Shown here piece by piece: positions 23,576 through 35,660 of a stretch of DNA of 64,000 nt. Position 1 is the first letter of the stretch. Every line of letters begins with the position of its first letter. Both the position numbers and the translations under genes were made by a program. The notes beneath the pieces were generated by a model. That model had not been told where the DNA came from. It saw only the letters and a program-made list of their open reading frames with translations, and did not search any database. This DNA is from Negaprion brevirostris (lineage: Eukaryota): assembly GCA_030324005.1 (NCBI GenBank), contig JARDVH010000084.1, positions 39,784,585 through 39,848,584 on the forward strand, given 5' to 3'.

Positions 23576-24839
23576 ATTAAAGTACGCTTGCAGTCTACCA
23601 GTTCCGATGCAAGGATACCTTCCTACACCCCGGTTTATCTAATTATTCCAGGATAGAAAGTATCCATAAAATCTCAATTTAAAAAAAACTTTGAAAGACA
23701 GTAAAATTACTGATTAACCCAGTCAGCCCTCAAAATGCCCTTGTTGTTCTATGAAAATGGAACATTGGAAATCCATTCCAGTTATCAGCCAAGTCTGCCA
23801 AACTATACATTATAAATGAAAGTTTTATAACACACAATTATCATGCAGTTTANNNNNNNNNNNNNNNNNNNNNNNNNNNNNNNNNNNNNNNNNNNNNNNN
23901 NNNNNNNNNNNNNNNNNNNNNNNNNNNNNNNNNNNNNNNNNNNNNNNNNNNNNNNNNNNNNNNNNNNNNNNNNNNNNNNNNNNNNNNNNNNNNNNNNNNN
24001 NNNNNNNNNNNNNNNNNNNNNNNNNNNNNNNNNNNNNNNNNNNNNNNNNNNNNNNNNNNCAGGGCTGCTATGCTGCATCTTCAGTGGCCAAAAATGAAAG
24101 CGCCCACTCATAGATCCCAAAGGCTGACAGTGCCAGGGTCCTGCACACTTGTGCCAGCCTAATGATCATTCTCCAATACTTCCGGGGTTGGGCAGAGAAT
24201 AGCATGAGCAGCGGAAGTTCTATCAAAGCTTGGATAATATCCCCCCCAAAAACAAGAGTACAGTTGCGTGGAAGTTTTGTTAAATGTTGATAAGTTCATT
24301 CAGCAGCACATATTTCTATGCCGTGCTGCCGAATATAGTATGTATTTTGGCATCATGGTGCAAACAAAAAATGATTAATACTGGTGTCAATGTACCAAGC
24401 AAAAATAAAAGGCCTTGCTCATGTTAAATTAGTCTTCAGCCTCAGAAGTCATTGGGTGATGTCCAAAATGCTGCTCAATTAAAGCTTATTTTATAAAACA
24501 TAGCCTTTAGATTATTATGGAATATTCTTAAGATAGGGTCACAAGTGCCATTTATATAAATCGCAATATAAAATACAATTTGTATTTCATAGCTCTCCCT
24601 CACATCATATAATAGTAAGAAAGGACAATCTAATTTTTGCCACCAGATGTCTCTAGCTCACTGCACAAGTAATACACAATAGAGTGTTTTCAAATTAAAT
24701 TGAAGACATCAGTGGCAGCTAAAAAGACAAGGGACCAGTTCTCAGATCATTTTCACTGCGACAGCAAAGTGTTCCAATTAGACATGTTAAACCTGCTTTT
24801 GTGTGTAATTCTACTGTTGTACTGTTCAAGTTTCTACTT

Positions 24840-25262
24840 AGTCTTGCCTCTAGGTCAGAACAGGGTTAGTTCCAGCACAACCCCAATGCTTCCACACAAA
24901 ATCTATGCTGACATTTCAGTACAGTATGGAGGGAGTGCCACACTGTCAGAAGTGCTGACTTTCAGATGAGGCATTAAATCAAGGTCCCATCTGCTTTCTC
25001 AGATCAACAATCAAGATTCCATAGCACTTGTTCAGAAAAGAACAAGTTATTCGTCTTCTGGCCAACACAAACCTTTCAACTAGTGGTGTGCAAAACAGAT
25101 GAACAGTTCATTCATCTCATTGTTGTCCGTAGGACTTTGCTGTGTACAAATTGGTTTCCACATACGAACATAAAATAACAATGACTGCATTTCAAAAGGT
25201 ACTTCTTTGGCTGTGAAACCAAGGGACATTCTTAAAGCACTGTATACAACAAATGCTATTTC
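24840..25262 (+). mobile_element. Deu-domain SINE (SacSINE1/AmnSINE1-like)
   Basis: TTTCAGATGAGGCATTAAATCAAGGTCCCATCTG...AAAACAGATGAAC...TTGCTGTGTACAAATTGG...TTGGCTGTGAAAC. Confidence 0.75.
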
Positions 25263-26429
25263 ACTTAGACTCGTAGCCAGTAAGCAAATCGTGCACTTTT
25301 AAATAAACTTCAGCTGCAGATGACCAAGCAAAATCTTTTAAAATTAACAATGGAACATGTGCAATTTATGCCAGCTTAGTTCTCTGGGAAAGAACTTTAT
25401 TTAGTGCTGGAAAGGAAAGTATAATTAATTCTACTATGAGAATATGCTGGCGTGCCTCGCTACCAAGAATGAAGCTTTCTGCTTGTAGACTCCTGGGACT
25501 GAATTTTTGTTTTCAGGAGAGGGGCAGACATCAGAACATTGTGGGGGCAGGAGAAGGATTAAAAATGGTAAAGACTGTCAGCATTAGCACAATGGCCTTA
25601 CTATACTTATTGGCTACCTGCCACTTGTGGGCAAGTAGTCATCATACCTCCCTCCCAACCAGCCTCTTCGAAAAGAGTCCCAAGATGGGGACATGCTAGC
25701 AAATCTGATCGGTAGTAGGAAATTGCTAGCATGACCTTCTCCATATGTAATTCCGCANNNNNNNNNNATTCCGCAACCTTTCCAAAATGCAGTGCCTGAG
25801 GGTGAGCCAGGGACGACTGAAGCTGCTTGTAAACTCCTGTGCCCAGGTTAGAAGACCTCAGGGCTTTTCTCATTTTCTGTAACTTCTGCGGCAACTAAAT
25901 AAAATGACCAGATCTCCCGTGCTTGTGCTAATTAGGATCAAGAGATCTGGAGTACTGTATCGCAGTGATGTTCAGCTGCTGAGATGGAATTTTGCTTAAC
26001 CTTGTCTAACACATTAAAGCCACCGTTGAGTTATCCCCAGTGGGAAAGATATCTAAACCCATTCTGAGCTGAATTCAAGTTTCACAGTTGAAGTTAATTG
26101 TCAGCTACTTGTATCGTCTCACTTTCTGCCACTGACAAGAGGCAAAGATACTGAGGTCACAAATACCTGCAGGATTGACTTTCTTGACTAATACATTGAG
26201 TGTCAGAGTGTGACAGGTCTGCACCACACACACAAGGCCAACACACTTACTTAGAATAGATAACTTATCCTCTGACTATGAGCAATGTTACAGGAGATCA
26301 GCTAGTAAGACAAAAAAAAAAGCTACAGGAATCATTCTCAAGGCTTTGTCATGACCAATATTGGTACAGATCATTTGTCTACAATCACATCATAATTTTC
26401 CCAAAGTAAAAGGTCAATTAAAACAGACA

Positions 26430-26630
26430 ATGGCCAAAATTTTCCAGCTGTTTGTACTGATGGGATTTCCCGGTACTGCTAACAGTGCATTCCTGCTACG
26501 GCTTTCACGGTGGTGAGGGGGAAACCCCGTTGATAATGGCAGGACCAGGAGGTCCCACCATTGGTCAACGGCAGGACTGCCCCCTGCCGCAATAAAACAC
26601 GTGGCAGGTTGCATGACAGATCTCTGCCCA
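26430..26630. mobile_element. Harbinger-type MITE, degraded
   Basis: GC-rich block with ends GGCCAAAATTTTCC ... AGATCTCTGCCC and internal inverted segments. Confidence 0.45.
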
Positions 26631-27889
26631 ATATGTTCAAAGTCAACCCTGCATGTTGCTTGACTCTCAACTTCATAATCAAGTGGACTGAGATACACTT
26701 ACGCTGTCCAGGAAATCTGGGCCAACAAGTGACAGTGATTTACTGTACCTAAACCAGATGGCAAATTTCCTGAGATTGGCGGGTGTGGGTAGCACTGTTT
26801 TTGCTTTATTCAGGCACCGATAATGGGAGTGCCGCTTGGAATCCTTCATATTCAATACTAAAACTCGTTACTATGATAACAACTCTGTGTTCCTTAAACT
26901 AAAAACTGAAGGCCAGCACTTTAAATAAACCAGCTATTCCAAAAACTTTCTGACCTCCCCATAAATGTAACTCTCAGGCGCAGAATTATAGGTTCAAACC
27001 TAGGGCAATCATATAATTTTTAAGTGGTTAGGTGTCCAGAGGAAGGCTCTCCCTTACAGCCTCAGCTTTCAGCCTGTGCTTAGGTCCTCCCTTCAACCAC
27101 TACTTGTGGTTTTACACAGCCACAGGATCGCAGTGACACGAAGGCATAGAATCGCTCCCCATAAAAAGAAAAAGTTAGCCAAAGTGCAGTGGTGGCACAC
27201 AGCCAATGGAGACTGCTGTAAAGAGGTGTTGCCAGTCTCAGCATCCACAAACTATATATCAGTAACCCTCAATTACATATTTTGTAAACCACTTCTTTAA
27301 AAACATAACTGAAAGAAAATTGCAGTTTGCCAACATCCGATTCATGAATCTGGTCTGCTGTTGCCACCTATACAGTAACACCACATGCAATTCATATTCA
27401 AACAAAAATAATAATCAAAATAATATACGAACTCCACAGGTAGGAGTAGTAGTGATGTGGCCTGTGTGCACTGCTGAAACTGGGCCAGCAGAAAAACATG
27501 CTGGTCCAGAACACATCAGGCCCAACACAGCCTGCAAAATTTGGGATTTACTTGAAGAACGGCAGGGGCTGCCTTTGTAGTTCAAGATGAAAGATGCCAG
27601 TGACCCTGGAATACTATAGCAATAGAGGGGGCCTATCTTCTTCCTTCAGAAGGTCGATCTTCTTTCTTCAATAGTGGGTCAGTGATCTCCAGTGCATTTT
27701 TAACATAGCACAACAGCAGATTGTGTACCTTCAAGCTCATCCTGCCATGGATAGTGGTACAAAATCGCCAGATGCGTAATTAATTACGCAAGAGGTGGAT
27801 GATATGGGATAGTTTCCCGCCAGCCTCCGCAGCAGGAAACAGTCCCCATTTCACCACAGGACTTAGCCCAGGTTAGGTGAATTCCATCC

Positions 27890-28060
27890 AGATTATCTGG
27901 TCAGTATCACATTGCTGTCTATAGCAGTTTGCTGTGTGCAAGTTCGCTGCCATGTTTCTTAAGTGGCCATAGTGAGCACACTCCAAAAGTAGTAAATTGG
28001 CTGTAAAGCACTGTGCAAAGAACCACGGTCATAAAAGGCGCTACATAAATGCAAGTATTT
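27890..28060 (+). mobile_element. Deu-domain SINE 3' part
   Basis: AGATTATCTGGTCAGTATCACATTGCTGT...TTGGCTGTAAAGCAC...AAAGGCGCTACATAAATGCAAGT. Confidence 0.8.
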
Positions 28061-28725
28061 AGCCGGGAATTCACGTCAGGCAAGTCTGCCATTGGGAGCA
28101 GAAACTATTGCATGAATGCATGATACGATTGTCCCCTCCCCTGGTCTGTGTTGGGGCATGTTTCCTGATGTTTAATGTTGGGAACCTCTTTTGAACATAT
28201 TAATATGTAATTACCTGACCTGCATGCCAAATCAGCCCTCCCCCACCATCAGAAAATCCATCCATGGTAGCATGACGGCTGAGCAGCTTCCGAAAGTGTG
28301 CACCTGGTAAGCAGACTTCCCAGGGGAGCTTAGGTGAGTGCAGCGCTCAGGGAGGAGGAGGGCTATACCTCCATAGTCCCCTGGCACTACCTGGGCATTT
28401 CCATCACTGCCTTGGCACTAACCAGGGAGTGCTTAGATAGTGCCAAAGGATGTGCCTGGGGAGAGGGGGCATTTCTAGTGTTAACTGATTTGGCTGCTGT
28501 GCATTGGGACGGCCTTTAAAAATGGCACCTCGGGTCCTCAAGTTGCTGGTGGGATGGGCGAATCAGAGACTGCCCACCCACCAGCGATACGTGTTGTGGG
28601 ACCCGTTACTTCAGCTTTCGTTTTCTATGTCCCACACTACAAGGCTGAGGAAGCCTTCATTGCCATCAGCGGCTTCAACACCAGGTTTGCCGCCTCTGCC
28701 TATTCCTGAGAAAAATCTTACCGGT
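28061..28725. mobile_element. Non-autonomous DNA transposon, Harbinger-like, degraded
   Basis: GC-richer block starting GCCGGGAATTC and ending GAAAAATCTTACCGG, with internal GGCAC/GTGCC repeats. Confidence 0.45.
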
Positions 28726-30319
28726 CGTCTTTTGTACTGACAAGTCTGAAAGCATTCTACTTTGGGAACTTAGTGCATATTTGTGAACTNNNNNNNNNNN
28801 NNNNNNNNNNNNNNNNNNNNNNNNNNNNNNNNNNNNNNNNNNNNNNNNNNNNNNNNNNNNNNNNNNNNNNNNNNNNNNNNNNNNNNNNNTATACTTTGGG
28901 AACTTAGTGCATATTTGAGAACTCAGCAATGTATATGAGACTAAGGAAGTATACAAAGGTCAACTTTGGCAGATTTTGAGGGCTGCATTTCATTTATTTT
29001 AAACCAATCATTATTGTTCTAACCCCAATATTTATATTATGTCATCCTCTTGTTTATCCCATGCTCCCAGCATCTCCTATTTTTAGATTTGATTAGTTCT
29101 ACCCAAGTTACTAGAAAATCTTCAATCTTTTGAAATGCATGTCATTTCATATCAATGGGCAGATTTTTCTGTGCCAACTAGTAACTTTATGTTCAGGCAG
29201 CAGTGACTCCAGAATGTCTGCTTCTTCTCCAGAAACAATCACAGGGATATAGTCTGAAGCACACCGTCCATTTCTTCTCCCCCACCTGTCCCCTATATAC
29301 CTAGCTGGGGCCTCTGCATTCCGAACAACGGTTGAGTGCAATGCCTGACATTGAACTGGTGACTGTCTTAATGACACAGAGAAAGGTTGATACTGTTGCT
29401 GTGAATTAAATCAGGAGGATCTCAGATGATTAATAACATAAATACCATTTCAGCAATATTTTGAGCTATTAAATCTTAATATCAAGTTATTAATGAGTCT
29501 GAAAACATTGTTCCATTTGCCACAACAGTCAGATGGTTCTTGGGAGAAGATTAACCCAAACATTTTAAATTCCAAAGGTTAAAACTCTCAGAAATTTCTG
29601 CCTACTTTTGTAGTTCTCTAGATTCGAACACTCATCAGAAATAAACTTTGGGACAAAACATTTAAACTTCAAAATATTCAGCGACTATGAAAGGTACAAA
29701 TATTCAAAGTAGAAAAATGACTGTACCAAATTTCCCAACAACTCATTAGCTTTTCATTTGTAACCACAGCTAGCCAAAGGAGAATCATTTTTGTCATATG
29801 AGAACTCATAGTTTTCCTTGCAAGGCAGTTATTAGATTTGTACTAAATATTAAAAGAATCATAAATGTTGTATCTGAGCCTCAATTGCTGTTGATGTGAG
29901 TGAACCCCAGGAACTTTTTGTGATACAATAAAGATGTGATTTATAAAATCATTTCCTTCTGTAAATGCTCTATCTAAGGAACAATTTTGCCAGTTTGTGG
30001 GTGACTGAGATTCACAGTGCAAAAATGTGATCATAATTTAACACAAATTGGGACTAACATACTAAAATCTGAGAGTACACAGGGTGGCTATAATGCTGAA
30101 TGGAAATGGCACCCACGTTGATCCCTCTTAATAACGAATTGCCAAGAAGCTCAAAAAATAGAAAAATATAATGTAGAAGGAATTATTGTGAAGAATACCA
30201 TTCATGATCGCACTGCTTAAAGCATGCTGAGCAAAAAGTTAAAATTTCAATTGTCGCTTGGTAGCACACAACTTGAATATTGTTGATAAAAGAGTCAAGC
30301 TGTTGAAGCTTTTCATCTT

Positions 30320-30566
30320 TAACTCAAAGGGTGGTGAATCTCTGGAATTCTCTGCCCGTTGAAGTGGTGGAGGCTGCCTCGCTAAATATTTTTAANNNNN
30401 NNNNNNNNNNNNNNNNNNNNNNNNNNNNNNNNNNNNNNNNNNNNNNNNNNNNNNNNNNNNNNNNNNNNNNNNNNNNNNNNNNNNNNNNNNNNNNNTTGAA
30501 TGGCGGGGCAGGCTCGAAGGGCTGGATGGCCTACTCCTGCTCCTATTTCTTATGTTCTTATGTTCT
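30320..30566 (+). mobile_element. Young CR1 LINE 3' end with internal gap
   Basis: Translates VVNLWNSLP; tail GGCTCGAAGGGCTGGATGGCCTACTCCTGCTCCTATTTCTTATGTTCTTATG. Confidence 0.9.
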
Positions 30567-30616
30567 TAACCCATCAGGACAGATGCGCAAGAATATCAAA
30601 TCTCAAAGGGAACAAT

Positions 30617-30705
30617 GATTTATGCTGTATGTGCAGAGGGAACTGATTGGTTGGCAAGTGGACTCTGATTGGTAGAGGCATTGCCTGAGAATGCACCAGG
30701 GATGC
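30617..30705 (-). mobile_element. Penelope terminal-repeat fragment
   Basis: Reverse complement of ~18505-18590 (CCTGGTGCATTCTC...AGAGTCCACTTGCCAA..AATCAG). Confidence 0.7.
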
Positions 30706-33031
30706 TGCACAGTAAAAGCTGTCCTGATACGTGCACATTGAAAACATTTGACAGGTTTCTTAAAATAAACATAAAAATACACAAATTGCTCTGCCACAGT
30801 AAAATTTTGCATTTACTGGATTCAGAACAATCAGTAACATGTGAGTGATCATAACGTACAAGTTTAGGTAATTTTTGTTTTCAGGTCAAGATGCTGGTCA
30901 TCTCAACTGATCTTCCCATGCCCAAGTGTCTATTTTCTTTTATTTATAGAAGCTAAATAGACTTTTGGTAACAGAATAATTTTACTTGTCTGATATTAAT
31001 ATTTTATGAGAGGGTTTGATGGAAAGAGTTATAAATCTTCATCAGTTTCACTTGAGTAACTGGACTACTTTTGCCAAAATAAGACAAAACAACACGCCCA
31101 CCTTCCAACAATACTTTCTTAATTCTCCAATCTTCCCTACCAGTGGGAAAATTAGCTCGCACCAAACAAGTCCTTGGAAAATTTGGGGTTTGGTCCATAT
31201 GCTGACATGGAAAGATCAAAACAAATAAAGTCCAGTCTAATCTTTAGCTATCGTGCCCAGTCCTTTCAAGAATTTTTATGAAGGCATTTCTACAACTCTG
31301 TAATTACAGTAATTTAATTTCCTTGTTCAATGTTGATTTGATACTAAAGAAAAAGATTGCTTTATCTTGTCCTATCCAATCTGCACCTCAGTGTTCACAC
31401 TGAACTATTCATCCTGTTCTGAATAAATTCTCTTGTGGTGTCAACCTTAATAAGTCATCCTTAAAACATGCATTTAAAATGTGTTCTTTTTTCCAGGAGG
31501 CAGTCACCTCTGCATTATTGAGAGATCGACGATTTGTTCTAATGTAAAACAACTACAGTGGAACTATGTTCATCATATACATCTGTCAGTAAACATTCTT
31601 GGACTGCTGTGAGAGAACAATGTGAACCAAACACTACATAATATGCTTTATTGGGTGGAAAGAGGGGTTGAATTGCACAAAATTGCTCAGATTAGTGAAG
31701 ATCAAGGGACAGAGGTCATTTTCATTATGCAAACTCTACATGGCGACAAGAGAACTAAAGACCCTTAACTTTTTTTTAGATCATTGGTGTGATTTTTAAA
31801 ATTCTTTTTTGTTTCCTTCTCAAGCATATTTTCTACAAGCTTTCTTTGCACATTTGCTAAGTTAAAACAAAAATACATTGACAGCTACAGTCCTGTCTAG
31901 CTGCATACTGCACAACACTGAAGCCACCAATGATGGCATTATGACTGAAGCAGGCAGTAGGAGTTTCTTAACCTCAAGACTTTTAAGTAAGACCAAAGAT
32001 GAATGCAGTCAACACTGTGTTTTCTCGTCACATATTTCTACTTCAAATGCTGTGAACCACTCAGAAAAATTGGGAGCAATCTTCAGGAAGTTCCTGGGCA
32101 CACAACCAACACTAACTTAAAAAGCATTTATTTTCCCATTTGAACAAAGACAACTATAATGTATGAGCAATTTTTTTTGATAACAATGGAGTTATGGTGT
32201 CACTTCTCACATATTTTTGTCAGTTTTAGGTAAATTGCCAGTAATGCACCTCAGTGTTCAGATAATTCACATATCCATAGCAGTTGATGCCAAGGTTCTG
32301 GGAATGTCTGTCTGTGGAGTTGGTTTTTGAAAAATTGAAGGAAAATCACTCATGCTGCAAATCAGGCATGCTGGCTCTCAGCTCCTGACCTCCCACCGTC
32401 AATGCCATAGAAGTCCAGTACATGTAAAATACACTGAATCCAAACAGAGGATTATTTATCTTCATCCTTTTTAGAAACACAATTCTTGACAGCCTCCAAC
32501 CTAATTCAGAACTGAGGCCTGAGTCTTTTATTACCTAAAGTCCAGCATACTCATCAACCCATTTTCACCTGGCTCCATTGGCTTTCTGTAAGCAATTGGA
32601 TAGATTTAAACAAACCCATTTACAGCCTTGCTTAATTTTACCTTAAATGATATTCTTTAGACATTCATATAGTTCTTTTTAACTCTGGACTATAAATTAT
32701 CTTCACTCCTTCCTTCCATCTTGAAGATCAATCATTTTAGTCCCTACCAAATGTCTCTGGAATTCTCCAAGATTACTTGATACCAGTTTCCCTTCCCTAC
32801 GTTATAAACCCATGCCTCTAGCATTGTCCTCAGACTCTTTTTGTGCTTGCTGTCCACCTCTTGATCTTGTATCAGGCTCTCAAACTTTACTTCAATACTT
32901 AATTTATGAATGTAAATTGTCTCTTTGTGCAAATGTGCAATTTGTCAATAAATGATGCGAAACCTCAAAACATGAGATGCTTGTGGCCAAAACATATGTG
33001 ACATTTAACCACTGGAAATCTTTGCATTCAA

Positions 33032-33380
33032 AGGGAGTGCAATGATGGCACAGTGATTAGCGCTGCTGTTTCCCAGCATCAGGGGCCTGGATTTGAATCC
33101 AGCCTTGAGTGACTGTCTGTGTGGAGTTTGCACATACTCCCCGTGCCTGCGTGAGTTTCCTCCGGGTGCTCCGGTTTCTTCCCACAATCCAAAGTACGCA
33201 GATTACGTGGATTGGCCATGCTAAATTGAGCCTTAGTGTTCAAGGATGTGTAGGTTAGGTTGATTAGCCGTGTTAAATGTGTAGGGTTACAGGGATAGGG
33301 CAGGGAGGGTTTGGATCTGGGTAAGACGCTCTTTTAATGGGCCAAATGCCCTACTTCCGAACCGCAGGGATTCTATAGTT
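33032..33380 (+). mobile_element. HE1-type SINE, CR1-type tail
   Basis: A- and B-box-like head, V-core and tail ...GGGATTCTATAG. Confidence 0.9.
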
Positions 33381-33656
33381 CTGTGGCATGGTTCTAAAGA
33401 TTTATATTTGGGTTGGCTATTTACAGAAGTGGATAAATATTCCAGGCAGATATAAGCTATACTTGATTATTGCGTCTTATATTTTAATGGCCTGGTTTGG
33501 AGTTTCACGCTCCTTAAAAGGGACAGGAGAACATTAGCAATAGCTTTTGTCTGTCTATTGACCATCTCAAACTGAAAGTGGAAGCAGTAGGCAGACAGAA
33601 ATGTTTAAAAACATGGCCTTCTGAGGTCTGCACAACTAGATTTTTAAGCAACCCTT

Positions 33657-33950
33657 GGGTCGGCATGGTGGCACAGTGATGAGCACTGTTGCCTCACAGT
33701 ACCAGGGATCCGGGTTCGGTTACAGCCTTGGGTCACTGTCTGTGTGGAGTTTGCATGTTCTCCCTGTGCGTTTCCTCCAAGTATTCTGTTTTCTTCCCAT
33801 AGTCCAAAGATGTGGGCAGCGATGCTAAATTGTCCCTTAGTGCCAGGGTAATTTGCAGGGTAAATATGTGGGGATAGGGCCTGGGTGGGCTTGTTGTCTG
33901 TGCAAGTTGATGGGCTGAATGGAGTCCTTCTGTACTGTATGGATTCTATA
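33657..33950 (+). mobile_element. HE1-type SINE, CR1-type tail
   Basis: GGGTCGGCATGGTGGCACAGTG...GGGTTCG...GGAGTTTGCATGTTCTCC...GGATTCTAT. Confidence 0.9.
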
Positions 33951-35349
33951 AGAGGGAACTTAGTGTTCCTACTCTACACAAGCAGAAATATTATTACAGT
34001 ATTTACATCAGTGCCACATGCCAGTTTAAGACTACAACTCAATTTTCAGGTCCAATGGGTGCAGATATGCCACTCATGCTCTTTCTTCTCCCACTGGACA
34101 TTGAGCAGCCTATCCTGCGGTCCTTTAAAAGGTGGCTGGAGGTTGCACCAGACACATTACAGGCAAGTTTTCAAAATGATTCATGTGCAATCATGAGGAG
34201 CATAGCACAAGTCTTCTGGTGCTCCAGTCCCCTTTAACCAAATATTTCTGGCTCAGATCCATGGAAGGGTTGNNNNNNNNNNNNNNTCAGCGACTTGTCC
34301 GTCTGCGCTCACTGAGCACCAGCAGTTTGCTGATCATATTCAATGCAGCCCAATCATGAAAAATGGCTTGGTACAGCTATCCGGCAGACAAAACACTGTT
34401 GTCCACTGCCTGTCCAATGACGTATGTGATAAATGAAAATTAGCCTCATTACAATGTGAGATGGCGAGAATAATTTTGTTTGAAAATGATCTGGTGTCCT
34501 TTGGCAGCACTGAATATACAACTTGCTAATTTGTAACAATTGCGGTGGGAGGGGAGTTACGTTCCAGTGTGCAAACCTGGTGGACTCTCTCACAGAAAAC
34601 AAGCTATGTTCCAAAACAGATAGTTTTCTTAAGTGCAAAAAAGTTAGTTCAGTGCTCAAAGGGTTAAGAAATTGCCAAAAACTTAGGAATAGGTATAGCA
34701 TTAAAAGGGAAAAAAAAATCAGAGGTTATTGTTGTATGAACCATATAACAGCAGTGGGCAAAAATACTGAAGGTGTACCACAGTGATTTTTGGAGTGTTT
34801 AATTGTTATTGTATATTAAGCAGTCCAACTGTTTTATGTACTTTTAGTATTCTCATCTCTTTCTACTTCAACACTCTCTTCCTCCCCCTCCCCCCAAAGA
34901 CTTCTGACAGAGAACTGAAGATTAGTAGTGCCTAGTCTAGACTACTAGCAACACCACCGTAAGCTGAAAAGCTCAGATATTACAATCTGCCTTTAACAAA
35001 TCCAATAACGTGAGCAGATCTTGACTGCAAAATAGTCACATCCCACCCCATACACTGCATCTGACTGAGGTTCCATTAAGTCTAGTTAAGCTGTTCAGCA
35101 ACTGTTGGGCTGCTGCAACGAAAACCATCATTCAGATCAACTTCTGATTACATAATAATTTGTTATTTTGCTGAGTTCTGGCACTAATCTCCCTTCGTTT
35201 GGTTGGAAGCCAGAAATTAGAGTGCGTCATTCCACCAGTTTTCAACAGTGAAGCACTCATCTCACCCAGCGAGCACTCTGCACTCTTGGACAGGGGCCAG
35301 GAAGGGAAATCCATTTTGCATGAAGAATGTGCACAGCACAAGGACTTAC

Positions 35350-35453
35350 GAGACAGTTTTTTTTTGCTTTCTTAAAATAACCTATGGACAACTGCCAATC
35401 TAGCTAGACACATATAACTTCAGAAATTTGGCATCAAAAACATGGTTAAGTAT
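35350..35453 (-). other. Candidate non-coding (5'UTR, lncRNA or poison) exon
   Basis: Minus-strand acceptor TATTTTTGTTCTCTCTGCCTCTCAG and donor CTC/GTAAGT; 104 nt with stops in all three frames. Confidence 0.3.
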
Positions 35454-35569
35454 CTGAGAGGCAGAGAGAACAAAAATATGCTCGAGACTGGGTAACGGCT
35501 GTGAGTGCATTCGTGGCATATCACATGATCTGGCACAGCACACCTAATTGGTTAGGTTTTCAGCAAAGT

Positions 35570-35660
35570 ACAGCCGCCATGTAAGGAGCTGCAAGCTGTA
35601 TTCTGTTCTGGGGACTTAAAATGGCGGCTTCATATTTCGGCAAAATGGATAAAGTGAGCC
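35570..35660. promoter_or_regulatory. Pair of inverted YY1-type motifs
   Basis: AGCCGCCATGT at 35572-35582 and AAAATGGCGGCT at 35618-35629. Confidence 0.45.

Noticed and set aside
28757-28925. ~30 bp direct repeats flanking a spacer (CRISPR-like look)
   Set aside because: Two copies around an N-gap in a vertebrate assembly; a tandem repeat or contig overlap, with no cas genes.
34779-34820. CACAGTG heptamer as a possible V(D)J recombination signal
   Set aside because: No ACAAAAACC-like nonamer at 12 or 23 bp spacing and no V or J segments nearby.
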